NCBI GenBank assembly: GCA_026390445.1
Contig: JAPLFX010000033.1
Span: forward strand, 5,731 to 69,730
Length of the DNA stretch: 64,000 nt
Origin: Pseudomonadota bacterium
Lineage (GTDB): Bacteria > Bdellovibrionota_B > Oligoflexia > Oligoflexales > CAIYRB01
Direction of reading: 5' to 3'
Shown: piece by piece, positions 18,559 to 28,046 of the stretch
How positions within the stretch are numbered: position 1 is the first letter of the stretch
Layout of the letters: each line of letters starts with the position of its first letter
Notes under the pieces: model-generated
What the model was told of the DNA's origin: nothing
Seen by the model: the letters and a program-made list of their open reading frames with translations, nothing else
Databases searched by the model: none
Made by a program: the position numbers and the translations under genes

Positions 18559-20140
18559 GCGCCTCCTCCAGCTGCCACGCAGCAATATATTTAAAAAAGG
18601 CAAAGGGCTCGACGCGGACGCCGCTCAATCGATTACTATGGGCGGCGTGGTGCGTCAGAGTCCATAGATAGGTATAGGGGGCCTCATCCGCTAGGATGCC
18701 GTGCACCTTGTGATAGATGGCGCGACGCTTGTCAAAGTCATTGCTAGCTTCAGCCTCGGTCAGCAAACTGTCGACCTCTGGACTCCGAAACATGACAAAA
18801 TTGTTGCCCCATGGTTTGGCGCTAGAACTATGAAACAAGCTGGTGATGTTACTAGCGTCATCAAAGCTCCAGGCGGCTATGGTGACGTCGTAGTCATGCT
18901 CCTCTAGGACCTTTTTCTTCCACACCAACCAGTCCATAAACTGCAGCTCAACCTTGATACCGACCGCCTCCAGATAACCTTGGCAGGCTAACACGACGCG
19001 CTTAATCATCTCACTTTCGCCGGCAAGAGGTACGGCGAAGGTGAGGTTCACCGGTTGACCGGAGGCAGTCCGTAGCTGGCCATTGGTCTCCTTTAGACCC
19101 GCCGCACTCAGCAGGGCCTTGGCTTTGGCGACGTCAAATCCCAAGCCTTTCACATCCAAATCATAGGCCCAGGACGTAGGCGGAAACGGCCCGGAAATCA
19201 GTCGCCCCTTGCCCTGAAAAAAAGCCTGAAGCATCTCCTCGCGGTTGATCGCATGGCTGATTGCTTGGCGTACCCGCTTGTCCTTCAACAAGCCCCGACT
19301 GGTATTCATTGCAAAAAACGAGAACGACAGGGCGTCGTATGGCACCAGGCTGAGCTTATTGTCGCCCATGATTTCGCCGAGGTCACGCGGACTCACATAG
19401 GTGATCAAATCGAGGGAATTAAACATCAGCGACTGAGCCATGATATTTTGGTCGGCATACGCCTTCATAACGATCTGAGCGATCGCGGGTTTGCCGCGAA
19501 AATATCCGGGGTTGGCCGTCAGCATCACCTCGCCTAGCGACGTCGCTTTGGTAAAGGCATAAGGTCCGGTACCAATGGGATGCTTGGCGAACTCACTATC
19601 GCGCTTAAGTGCCAAAGCCGAGCCTACGACATGCGCCGGCATGATTTTGAACATCAACACCCGCAGGGGATCAACCATGGCCCGGGACAAGTGCAAGGTG
19701 ACACTGTTGGGACCAGTCTTTTCGGCAATTTTAATCACCCCAAAGCGTTCCCGATTCGGAATCTCGCTTTGCGGCGCCGTTAACAAGCGTACCGTGGCAA
19801 CGACGTCATCGACGCTCAGCAGTGGCCCAGTCCCTGTTGCCGCGTGCCAGTGCACGTCGTCACGCAGGGTAAAGCTCACGTCCATACCGCCGTTTTCGAT
19901 GTGCCAGTTCTTCGCCAACGCAGGGACGTAAGCGCCACTGGGGCCGAGATCGACCAACGAATCAAAAAGCAAATCGGCCAAGCGCTGACCCGATGCCTCA
20001 TGAGCCGTATAGGGATCAAAGGTGTCCAGCCTCGTCGTCTCTCCATAGGTCATGTTGGCGCTGGACGCCGCGCCTGCCCAGGCTGGCGGCGACAAGCCCA
20101 AGGCCAAACCCAGTCCTACCTGCCGAACAAACCTTTGCAT
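18545..20140 (-). CDS. ABC transporter substrate-binding protein, family 5 (peptide/nickel type)
   Basis: 531 aa. Signal peptide, then DTFDPYTAHEASGQRLADLLFDSLV and family-5 length and architecture. Confidence 0.88.
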   Translation of the reverse strand: MQRFVRQVGLGLALGLSPPAWAGAASSANMTYGETTRLDTFDPYTAHEASGQRLADLLFDSLVDLGPSGAYVPALAKNWHIENGGMDVSFTLRDDVHWHAATGTGPLLSVDDVVATVRLLTAPQSEIPNRERFGVIKIAEKTGPNSVTLHLSRAMVDPLRVLMFKIMPAHVVGSALALKRDSEFAKHPIGTGPYAFTKATSLGEVMLTANPGYFRGKPAIAQIVMKAYADQNIMAQSLMFNSLDLITYVSPRDLGEIMGDNKLSLVPYDALSFSFFAMNTSRGLLKDKRVRQAISHAINREEMLQAFFQGKGRLISGPFPPTSWAYDLDVKGLGFDVAKAKALLSAAGLKETNGQLRTASGQPVNLTFAVPLAGESEMIKRVVLACQGYLEAVGIKVELQFMDWLVWKKKVLEEHDYDVTIAAWSFDDASNITSLFHSSSAKPWGNNFVMFRSPEVDSLLTEAEASNDFDKRRAIYHKVHGILADEAPYTYLWTLTHHAAHSNRLSGVRVEPFAFFKYIAAWQLEEAHGKL

Positions 20141-20175
20141 ACATTGCTCCCTATGGCTCGATATTAGCTATGCGC

Positions 20176-21513
20176 TTACATCGCCAAATAATGAATCTTT
20201 GACGGCAGGTGCGGCTGGCTCTGCAGCTGCAGCCCTTGATTAGTCAACGCGACGAACACACGGTCCCACACGCCGACTTGCGCCCGAAAGCTCAAGATGC
20301 CGAGTTTTGACATCAAGATATCGCGGTTCATCCGGGTGTTGGTTTTGAATAGGTAGCTACGCCCCAAAAACAGATCGTAGGCATGGATAGGGTTGGCCAC
20401 AGATGGATCATGTTTGACGTAAAAGATCTTTCGACTATCCGGAGACCAAGCTGGACCGGTATTGAGGTCGATGACCACATCCTTGGCGACGACCATGGTG
20501 CGCAGCTCAGCCTCGCGGTAAGTCCGTCCAGGCTCAAAAGGCACGACGAGGATGTTCCAGCGTCGCGATTCACTCTCAGCCGAGTTGATCGCATCGGTGT
20601 AGAATGCAATAAAGCGCCCATCGGGTGACACCGTTGGGCGCAGATCGTCGTGGCCCCACTGCGTCAAGGGAACGGCTGCGTTCCACACCGCACCGTGATG
20701 ACTCCTGGACACGACATAGAGGCTATGCCGCAAGGCATCACCGCTCGAATAGACGACAGCGTCACCGCTTGGGAACCAGTCAGGAAATAGATCGACCGCA
20801 TCACCTGAGGACAGCTGTGCAAAGCGGTCGCGACTTAGATCCGCGAGATAGATATCACCGTTACCGGTACGCGAGCTGACAAACGCTAGCTCATTAGTGC
20901 ATGGGCTCCAGGTTGCATAGCCATCCTTGCTATGACTGTTGCCAAACGAGGCCTCGGCAGCGCCAATCGCACCGAGATAAATGCTGTAGTCGCCGATACC
21001 GCCGTTTGACATAAAGGCAAAGCGCGTCGAGTCACGCGACCAGCGCAGTCCGGCATTGTAGGACTGCGCTGATTTGATCACCATGCCCTCAAGAAAATCA
21101 CTCTTACCCTTTGGCATGACGCGCAGCTCACGGGAGAAGTTGCCAGCCAGGTCCTTCAACATGATCTTACGAAAGCCATCCGTCACGATCTCGTAGCCAA
21201 GATACACCCCATCAGCCGACCAGCTGAGATTGGCTTCATTAGAGGCCGAAGGCCCATGCTCCAATGGCTTTATTTCGATCAATGTCACCTGGTCACGGGC
21301 TTGGACCAAGCTAGGATAATCGTGGCTAAAGGCATTGCTACCCGGAAAGAAGGCACGGATAAATGGCGGGAAATAACTGCCATTCGTCGCGGTGAATGCC
21401 GTCAGCGGAACGCCTGCCCCAGGCTCACTGGCGTCCTTGTTAAACAGAGCAAGGTGGCATGATGCCATACAGAGGACGAGCACACCGAACAAAAGGCGAA
21501 AGCATAAAGACAT
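20176..21513 (-). CDS. TolB-like beta-propeller lipoprotein (PD40/WD40-like repeats)
   Basis: Lipobox LCMASC. Repeated PD40-type units: WSADGVYLGY, WSRDSTRFAF, WSPCTNELAFVS, VSPDGRFIAF, WSPDSRKIFY. Confidence 0.8.
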   Translation of the reverse strand: MSLCFRLLFGVLVLCMASCHLALFNKDASEPGAGVPLTAFTATNGSYFPPFIRAFFPGSNAFSHDYPSLVQARDQVTLIEIKPLEHGPSASNEANLSWSADGVYLGYEIVTDGFRKIMLKDLAGNFSRELRVMPKGKSDFLEGMVIKSAQSYNAGLRWSRDSTRFAFMSNGGIGDYSIYLGAIGAAEASFGNSHSKDGYATWSPCTNELAFVSSRTGNGDIYLADLSRDRFAQLSSGDAVDLFPDWFPSGDAVVYSSGDALRHSLYVVSRSHHGAVWNAAVPLTQWGHDDLRPTVSPDGRFIAFYTDAINSAESESRRWNILVVPFEPGRTYREAELRTMVVAKDVVIDLNTGPAWSPDSRKIFYVKHDPSVANPIHAYDLFLGRSYLFKTNTRMNRDILMSKLGILSFRAQVGVWDRVFVALTNQGLQLQSQPHLPSKIHYLAM

Positions 21514-21521
21514 CGGTCACC

Positions 21522-24500
21522 TCATTGGCGCGAGACGTTGCGCGCGGCGTTGAGGGATGCTGTGGCTTGTTTGAGATAGACTTGGGCGTTCTCCACATAG
21601 GCTTTGCTCGCTGCGTCAGCAGGCAGCGTCCGGGCGCTGCCGTCGAGATAGCTCTTCCACGTCTTGACCGTATCGACGAGCAGGCGCGGATCCTGCGTCA
21701 ACGTCCACAGTCGGTGCCGACAGAGGGCGCGGTGATAATCAACGTTATGCACGGCCTGAGTGTACTCTCCCGGCGGCACAAAACGCAGGTACGGAATGAC
21801 TCCATCAAGGACTTCCAGCGCCTTACTAAAATGCGCTTGCGCTGCTTCCGGATGTTCCGCGCTCAAGCGTTCGGCGGTTAAAAACAGGGCGATACCTTCG
21901 TCGATGTGCGAGCCGATAAAGCGTTTGTCGACAAATTGCTTGACCGCGGGGTTGGCCGTCACGATGCCAAAAGCCTGGGCAGCCTTGGCCGGCTCGTCGA
22001 GGACCGTCAAATACAGCTCCCCGGCCTCATGCCGAGCCATCAAGTAGTCGCTATGTTCGAGCGGAATCTTGTTCAAAACAGCCAGGGCAGCCTCGGTCTT
22101 TCCCGCTTTGACCAAGCGTTGGGCGATAGCCCGAAAGTCCTGCTCGAGAATCACCGCCGCCTCGCCGGTCAGATCCAAGGTCCCCTGGTCGAGTTCCAGC
22201 ACCGATTTGTATGGCTTATAACCAACCGGTCCCTCGACCTCCATTTTGACAAACCCCGATGGTACCGGAATGGGGGCAGCCAGAGGCGTTTTGCCAAGGA
22301 CCTTGCCCTCGACCTTGACCACGGCGCCAAGCGGGCGCGAGTCGATCCGCAAAAAGGCCGCCTGCCGTTTGATCGTCAGGACCAATGGTTTGTCGACGTC
22401 CTGCCCGAGCTGCACCACCTGCGCCAGATCAACAAATCCCTGTTTAATCACTCGAAGCTTGCCAGAAGCCTTGCCCTCGACATAGAGGCGACCAGTGGTA
22501 TCCGTTGCGCCGATCCAGCTGTTGTTCAGATAAACATTAGCTTGGACCACCGCCGTACGTTTGCCAGCTAGCTCAGTCATCACCAGAAGTGGCGCCGCAC
22601 GCTGATCCTTCAGCTCTTTACGTGGCCTTAGGATCACTAAATCACCGCGTTCGATCGTCGCCCTAGGTACTAGACCAAAGGCTTGAGCTTTGGCCGACTT
22701 TTCCCCGACCTCGCGGATTTTGAGACTGGCGATCTTAGCGTTGACGGAACTCCGACCTAGCTTCGCGGCCTGCTGACCATAGACGTCGAGCACGTCTCCA
22801 ACCTGGACATCACGACCCTGTCCTTGGCCGAGGTTGATCGTGACCTCGTCAGCGGCTTTGCCTAGTACCGCACCCTCAAAGGGAAACACCCGGGCAATCT
22901 TTTTGGCGATCGAGGCTACGGCACGGTCCACCGCACCACGGTCCGTGAGACCGCTCAACTCTTCCTTGGCCGCACTCAGTATCTGGCCGCGGCTACCGAT
23001 GACGCTGAGCTCGAGGGTTGGCGTCGGTCCGGTGACCACGGTCGGTACCAAGACTGCATCCACCACAGTTTTCAACTCCTGGTCCTGCCACCCTGCGCGA
23101 AGGACCTCGCTGGTGGTTTTACCAGCGAGATGCACCGCCTGATCGTAAAGAGCAAACGGGTATTCTTTAAATGCAGAGGTGGCGAAGAGATGCCGTCTAG
23201 CAGCGGCTCGCAGCGACTCGCCGAAGGCACCACTCAACTCACTGAGGGTTTCTTTGTCGACGTTGCCTGCGGGCAAAGGACTGAGCACCGTCATGCGCAC
23301 GCTAGGGGGTAGATCGGGAGTGAAGGCCTTGGTCAGCTGTAGTTCACCGCCGGTCACAAAGTCGGTTTCATAGACCTCGGGTAAAAAACCCTTTGGTTTT
23401 AAACTGACCGTCAACAGATCATCGCTCTTACCGCCAAAAATATAGGAATAGCGGCCAAAGCGGTCGGTTTCACCAACCCGCTTTCCCCCGACTCGGACCT
23501 CGACTCCCGCCAATCCAGGACGATGACCGTAGGCTTGGCTGAGAGCATAGATATCGAGCGAGCGGCCTTCATCCAAGTTGATGCGCAGCTTATCCTTGGA
23601 CTGAATCGGCACGGTGATGACGGCCGTCTTATAGCCCTTTTTCGTCGCCACAAAGGTCACCAAAACCTCGGGCTTGGTTGTGAAGCGGATGACGCAACGG
23701 CCACGTTCATTGGTCGAACACGCGGTTTTGAGGGTACTGGTGTCACCTTCGCCCATCGCCACGTCGACGCCAGCCAGCGGGCTAGCTCCGGAGTAGACAT
23801 GCACGGTGAACACTTGGCTACCGCTGTTTGGATGCGCCAAACCCTTGTACGACAAGGCATCTAGGCTAGGGTCCAGAGACTTATCCACCGACTTATCCAC
23901 AGCTGGACCCGGCCCTTTGCTGGGCGCGGCGACGGCAGCGTCAACGCTGATCGAAGCCACCACTGGAGCTGGGGCCGTCGAGGCGTCATCTCCACCCACT
24001 GGGTCAGTCACCGCAGAGGAGGCAGCCACCTGGGTCAGGATATCCGGTTTAGGCGCCGCAAGCATCGCAGCAGTCGCCACTTTGGGACCTGCTGCAGCGA
24101 CGGCAGCGACGGCAGCGGTGTCGGTGACCGCCTCCGATGCTGTCGCTGGCACCGTCGATGGCACTGCCGCTGGCGTGGATATGGGAGTGTTGACTGTCTC
24201 AGTATTTGTTTCAGCTAGTGCAGCGACCTTCGCCGGCACCGCCGGTGCTGGCTTGGGTACGAAGTACAAAGTCGCAGCGACGGCAAGTTCCTGCGGACCC
24301 GATGGATCGACCTCGAAGGCCTGGTAATAGGGTGCAAAATAGTAGGTGTCGCTGTCTTTATGGATCTCCAAGCGTTTTTTAGCCCCGGCAGGTAGGCTCA
24401 CTTCGCCCTCAAAGCGCCCGGCATTGTTCGTGGCACCAAGCGACTTACCGTCAAGCTGCACCGTCGCGGCATGGACGGGTTCACCCTGGTTCGTCTTGAC

Positions 24501-24593
24501 CGCGACCTTAAGCTGCACCTTGGTCTCTTTTGCAACGCAGGCCCACATGCTGCCGAGCAGCAAGGCAATAGCCAAAGTCCGCATCGCCTTCAT
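21522..24593 (-). CDS. Large secreted multidomain protein (carboxypeptidase-regulatory-like Ig domains, Ala/Pro/Thr/Val-rich linker, PEGA-like domain, C-terminal TPR-like helical region)
   Basis: 1023 aa. Signal peptide MKAMRTLAIALLLGSMWA. Several ...G.PL.G..V.....G.TD..GR... units. A PEGA-like unit reads LRIDSRPLGAVVKVEGKVLGKTP. Low complexity is coded around 23860-24330. Confidence 0.7.
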   Translation of the reverse strand: MKAMRTLAIALLLGSMWACVAKETKVQLKVAVKTNQGEPVHAATVQLDGKSLGATNNAGRFEGEVSLPAGAKKRLEIHKDSDTYYFAPYYQAFEVDPSGPQELAVAATLYFVPKPAPAVPAKVAALAETNTETVNTPISTPAAVPSTVPATASEAVTDTAAVAAVAAAGPKVATAAMLAAPKPDILTQVAASSAVTDPVGGDDASTAPAPVVASISVDAAVAAPSKGPGPAVDKSVDKSLDPSLDALSYKGLAHPNSGSQVFTVHVYSGASPLAGVDVAMGEGDTSTLKTACSTNERGRCVIRFTTKPEVLVTFVATKKGYKTAVITVPIQSKDKLRINLDEGRSLDIYALSQAYGHRPGLAGVEVRVGGKRVGETDRFGRYSYIFGGKSDDLLTVSLKPKGFLPEVYETDFVTGGELQLTKAFTPDLPPSVRMTVLSPLPAGNVDKETLSELSGAFGESLRAAARRHLFATSAFKEYPFALYDQAVHLAGKTTSEVLRAGWQDQELKTVVDAVLVPTVVTGPTPTLELSVIGSRGQILSAAKEELSGLTDRGAVDRAVASIAKKIARVFPFEGAVLGKAADEVTINLGQGQGRDVQVGDVLDVYGQQAAKLGRSSVNAKIASLKIREVGEKSAKAQAFGLVPRATIERGDLVILRPRKELKDQRAAPLLVMTELAGKRTAVVQANVYLNNSWIGATDTTGRLYVEGKASGKLRVIKQGFVDLAQVVQLGQDVDKPLVLTIKRQAAFLRIDSRPLGAVVKVEGKVLGKTPLAAPIPVPSGFVKMEVEGPVGYKPYKSVLELDQGTLDLTGEAAVILEQDFRAIAQRLVKAGKTEAALAVLNKIPLEHSDYLMARHEAGELYLTVLDEPAKAAQAFGIVTANPAVKQFVDKRFIGSHIDEGIALFLTAERLSAEHPEAAQAHFSKALEVLDGVIPYLRFVPPGEYTQAVHNVDYHRALCRHRLWTLTQDPRLLVDTVKTWKSYLDGSARTLPADAASKAYVENAQVYLKQATASLNAARNVSRQ

Positions 24594-24602
24594 CGCGCTC
24601 TC

Positions 24603-25022
24603 CTAAAGACTGGGGGGGGTCAAAGTGGCGCGGCCCGCGCCGCGATCTTCATCGACGTGACTGTTGGTCGAGGTTGCCTGGATCTTGGCCGTTACCACCG
24701 GGGTCAGCGTCAAATCGACGGTTGCCTTGTCGGCAAGATCGACCTTCTTTGACTGCGGGGCGTAGCCAGGAACCAAAGCCTCCACCAAATAATGACCATG
24801 CGGCAGACTCTCGGTGGTGGCGTAGCGACCGCTTTGATCGACCACAGCGACGACCACGTTGTTGACCGCTTGGGCGCCATCGCTTGGCGTATCGAGGCGA
24901 GTGATATTGACCCGCGCCTCGCGGCTAGCGATGATTTCGCCGCTGTTGCCGCGTATCTGACCAGCCAAGCTGGGTGCACATGAGGACAGGACTAGGACAC
25001 TAAAAAGCCATCCCTTGTTCAT
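24603..25022 (-). CDS. Small lipoprotein with carboxypeptidase-regulatory-like fold
   Basis: I prefer ATG 25022 (ATGA overlap with the upstream stop). Lipobox LVLSSCAP. VVDQSGRYATTESLPHGHYLVEALVPGYAP resembles CarboxypepD_reg. Confidence 0.65.
   Translation of the reverse strand: MNKGWLFSVLVLSSCAPSLAGQIRGNSGEIIASREARVNITRLDTPSDGAQAVNNVVVAVVDQSGRYATTESLPHGHYLVEALVPGYAPQSKKVDLADKATVDLTLTPVVTAKIQATSTNSHVDEDRGAGRATLTPPSL
24612..24619. repeat. G8/C8 homopolymer tract
   Basis: tggggggggt on the + strand. It codes the Pro-Pro of the last six codons of the 24603..25022 gene and lies just upstream of the AGGAGAG ribosome-binding site of the 1023-aa gene. Confidence 0.9.
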
Positions 25023-25639
25023 TGCACATCCCTTCGTGACAGCCATATCGCCGAGTTAGTCTGGGCCAACCAAACCAATGATGCCGCCGCCTCACGGCGT
25101 AGTTCGCGAAACTGGATACCGCGCGGTATAGACACCGCCAGTGGCTCCTTCTGGGTGAACCCCCGAGCCACGTTAACCGGGCGGATGACCAGCACCATCG
25201 GCAGTTGTGCCATCGCCACGCGCACGACGTTACCGCGAGGCTGACTAACGGCAAGTGTTTGCTGATGCACCCAGCCGTGTTGCCAGGTACCTAGCACCAA
25301 AACCTTACGCCAAACGCCATGGCTCGCCGTTTCGATGACCTGCTTACCTTGGACCAAGACGACATCGGCAAGTTCATAGGCGCTACCGGGTCCCGTCCTG
25401 ACTTCAGCCCTCGGACGCACCACCTCACGTAATTGCAGCATCACCGTTGGCACCGCCAGATCGCCTGCCGGCTCGACGTCGAGCTGATTGTGAAACTCCT
25501 TCGGTATCACCGACTGCATTTGCAACTGCACTTGCGCCGGTGCCGGTGCCGTTTCAGGCGTTTCAGGCAATGAGACGCAGGCGCTTAATAGCGCTAGTCC
25601 GACGTAGCAATAGCAAAGCAAAGGCGAAGTTTGGGCCAT
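25019..25639 (-). CDS. SH3b-domain lipoprotein
   Basis: Lipobox LALLSACVS. The bacterial SH3-like segment is RAEVRTGPGSAYELADVVLVQGKQVIETASHGVWRKVLV. Confidence 0.65.
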   Translation of the reverse strand: MAQTSPLLCYCYVGLALLSACVSLPETPETAPAPAQVQLQMQSVIPKEFHNQLDVEPAGDLAVPTVMLQLREVVRPRAEVRTGPGSAYELADVVLVQGKQVIETASHGVWRKVLVLGTWQHGWVHQQTLAVSQPRGNVVRVAMAQLPMVLVIRPVNVARGFTQKEPLAVSIPRGIQFRELRREAAASLVWLAQTNSAIWLSRRDVQ

Positions 25640-25645
25640 GGCGGA

Positions 25646-26587
25646 TCATCCAGGTTTCGGAGCACCGGTTTTGGCCACACGGCTTTGTTCCAATGGTAGG
25701 CTCGGCGCGCTTGGCACGGGCAGCACATAACCGGAGCGGCTGGCGTCGTTGCGGCCAAAAAGCTCCACGCGAACGTTGGCAAAAGCCCCCTGTTTGCCCG
25801 CCGGGATCGCGAAGGAAAAGCGCTTGCCGGTGAAGCGGCGAATACCAAATAATTCCGCTTTGTGGGGATTGACCACCACGCCGGCGGCGTCGAACATGAG
25901 ATCTTTCGGCGAACTGATGAACAGATGCTCACCCGATGCTGAGATGAATTCGGCGACGGCATAGATGTAACCCTCGACCCGCTTGCTACTACTCTTATTG
26001 GTCAGCTCAAGCCGAAGTTCCAAGCCCTCCGGGGTTGGCTCAAACCGTGCTTTACCGAGCCGGACCTCGACCGGAATCGGCGGCTGTGCTTGAGAGTGTG
26101 GCTTCACCGAATCAACCGGCTTCAGCACAGGCGTCGCATTCGCCAAGGCTGGCACTCCATGCTGTTCGCTTTGCTTGGTGGCAACCGACACAGCCGTAAG
26201 CTCAGCCGCTGGCAGCGGCTTTCCTGCAGCCACACTCGCCGATGGCCCAGGCGCTTGGCCAAGGGCCGCGACCGTTTGGACCTTGGCAGGCTGCGGATAG
26301 GCCAGGTCAAAGACATGCTCGTCGCGGACCTCGTAGTCAAAGATGCTGTTCAATGCCAGCTTTAAGCGCCCCTCTAGCTGCACCTTAGCGCTGACCAAGT
26401 GGACGGTCAGAAAGACACTACCGAGAGACCACAGGAACAGACCAACCAAACCTGCAATCACTAGGCGCAAGCGCCCCACGGAAATCGTCAAAGTGCGCAT
26501 CCGCGCTGAGTCGATAAAATAGATGATGCTCATCTGGCGAGGTCTTGGCCGATGAGCCTTGGACGCATCTGGGTGGGACTTGCCCAT
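25646..26587 (-). CDS. Membrane-anchored protein, unknown function (start uncertain)
   Basis: The track ORF extends to 26779. One strong TM (LRLVIAGLVGLFLWSLGSVFLTVHLV) follows the internal Met codons. I chose ATG 26587, but 26779 and other internal starts are possible. Confidence 0.55.
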   Translation of the reverse strand: MGKSHPDASKAHRPRPRQMSIIYFIDSARMRTLTISVGRLRLVIAGLVGLFLWSLGSVFLTVHLVSAKVQLEGRLKLALNSIFDYEVRDEHVFDLAYPQPAKVQTVAALGQAPGPSASVAAGKPLPAAELTAVSVATKQSEQHGVPALANATPVLKPVDSVKPHSQAQPPIPVEVRLGKARFEPTPEGLELRLELTNKSSSKRVEGYIYAVAEFISASGEHLFISSPKDLMFDAAGVVVNPHKAELFGIRRFTGKRFSFAIPAGKQGAFANVRVELFGRNDASRSGYVLPVPSAPSLPLEQSRVAKTGAPKPG

Positions 26588-26808
26588 GATACCCCGTTCA
26601 TGCAACTCTTTTATTTGGAAGCGCTGGTAATATTGGGAGTTTATGCGGACTTGAAGGCAAACGCAACCGACCTGTGCTAGGAATGGGCCGTTGGGGGCGC
26701 CCTGGCAAGCCGCCATGAATCTGGATAACCCAGCACGGTCACTAGTCAATCTCTGCCCCTTTTGCATTAGCGCAGGCATCCGTTAGACTACCTGGAAAAG
26801 GGACGTGC

Positions 26809-28026
26809 ATGCTCACTCCATCTTCTTCGCCACCGCTTTTGCGCCTCGCCATCTACCGCGCGTCAAGCCTCGGCGATGTCATCCTTGCCACTGCTTGCCT
26901 TGACCTCCTGCAACACCTGCAGGTACCGACTGAAATCACTTGGGTCGGCCGTGGTCCGGCCTTGGACGTCATCGCCTTGTCGTGGCCCAATGTCCGCACC
27001 CTGACCGTCAATCGCACCGATTCGGTGATCGAGCTGCAGCGGACCATCGATCAATTGCGGCAAAACCACCTCTTTATCGATCTCCAATGCAATCTACGTT
27101 CTGGATGGTTAGCAAGAAATCTCAAGACGATGCACGGCGTACCGTATTTTAGTGCGGAGAAGGCGCAGCTGGCGCGCAGCCGCTTGCTGGTCGAAGCACG
27201 CGTACGTGGCCGCAGACGACCGCTTCCAGAAAAGTCACTGATCCCGCAACGCCTCCAGTATGACTTGATGTGCGATGCCTTAAAGCTAGGTCTAAAGCAC
27301 CACTTGCCCGCTGATATGCTCGACGGGTTACACACGATCGCCGTCAGGCCGCGCCTGCCGATCCCAGCGGACTACGACCGACCGTGGCGCAAGGAACTAC
27401 GTTTTGGTTCATGGTTAGGCGTTGCACCAGGAGCCGCCCACCCAACCAAACAGGCGCCGCTCACGGCCATGCAGGGGATTCTCGACCATGTGCTGGCCAC
27501 CAACGAAAGAGACGGCGGGCTAGGCCCTGGTCCGCTTGGCTTGGTCTTTTACGGCGACGACAACGATCGTCAGACCGCTCGGCAACTGCTCGACCAACTG
27601 CGCTGGGAGGGACCGGTGTTGAATCTTGCCGGCCGGCTATCGCTATGGGAAACCGCGGTCGCGCTCAGCGAAACGGCATGCTTGCTCGCCAACGACTCAT
27701 CACTTGGTCACATTGCCGAGGCCGTCGATACTCCGACCGCCATTCTGTTTGGGCCGACGGTGGAAGCCTTCGGCTTTGCGCCGCGCATGAAGCAAAGCCG
27801 CGCCTTTTCGACCTTGCTCGGCTGCCGGCCTTGCTCTAAGCATGGCAAGGTGAGCTGCCGTTACGACGACAAGTTGTGTTTTTCGGCGCTCCATCTCGAC
27901 AACGTCGGCTCGCACCTCCTTGGGCTGCTGCGAAATCCCGGCTCCGGTCGGGTTGTTACGCTGCCAAGCTCACCGTCGCTCAGCAGCTGGGCGGTACCGC
28001 CCCCTATATCATTAATGCCGCGCTAG
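26809..28026 (+). CDS. Glycosyltransferase family 9 (ADP-heptose:LPS heptosyltransferase-like)
   Basis: N-terminal LRLAIYRASSLGDVILATACLDLL and C-terminal LLANDSSLGHIAEAVDTPTAILFGPT are GT9 signatures. Confidence 0.85.
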   Translation: MLTPSSSPPLLRLAIYRASSLGDVILATACLDLLQHLQVPTEITWVGRGPALDVIALSWPNVRTLTVNRTDSVIELQRTIDQLRQNHLFIDLQCNLRSGWLARNLKTMHGVPYFSAEKAQLARSRLLVEARVRGRRRPLPEKSLIPQRLQYDLMCDALKLGLKHHLPADMLDGLHTIAVRPRLPIPADYDRPWRKELRFGSWLGVAPGAAHPTKQAPLTAMQGILDHVLATNERDGGLGPGPLGLVFYGDDNDRQTARQLLDQLRWEGPVLNLAGRLSLWETAVALSETACLLANDSSLGHIAEAVDTPTAILFGPTVEAFGFAPRMKQSRAFSTLLGCRPCSKHGKVSCRYDDKLCFSALHLDNVGSHLLGLLRNPGSGRVVTLPSSPSLSSWAVPPPISLMPR

Positions 28027-28046
28027 CCGGTTGGAGAGTCGTCCTC

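Noticed and set aside
21912-21919. Additional GCCGATAA-like hits (21912-21919 on +; ACCGATAA at 55059-55066; GGCGATAA on the minus strand at 41903-41910)
   Set aside because: None has a TAAA box at the required 11-12 nt spacing. The first also lies inside, and antisense to, a coding region. They are not called as sigma-28 promoters.
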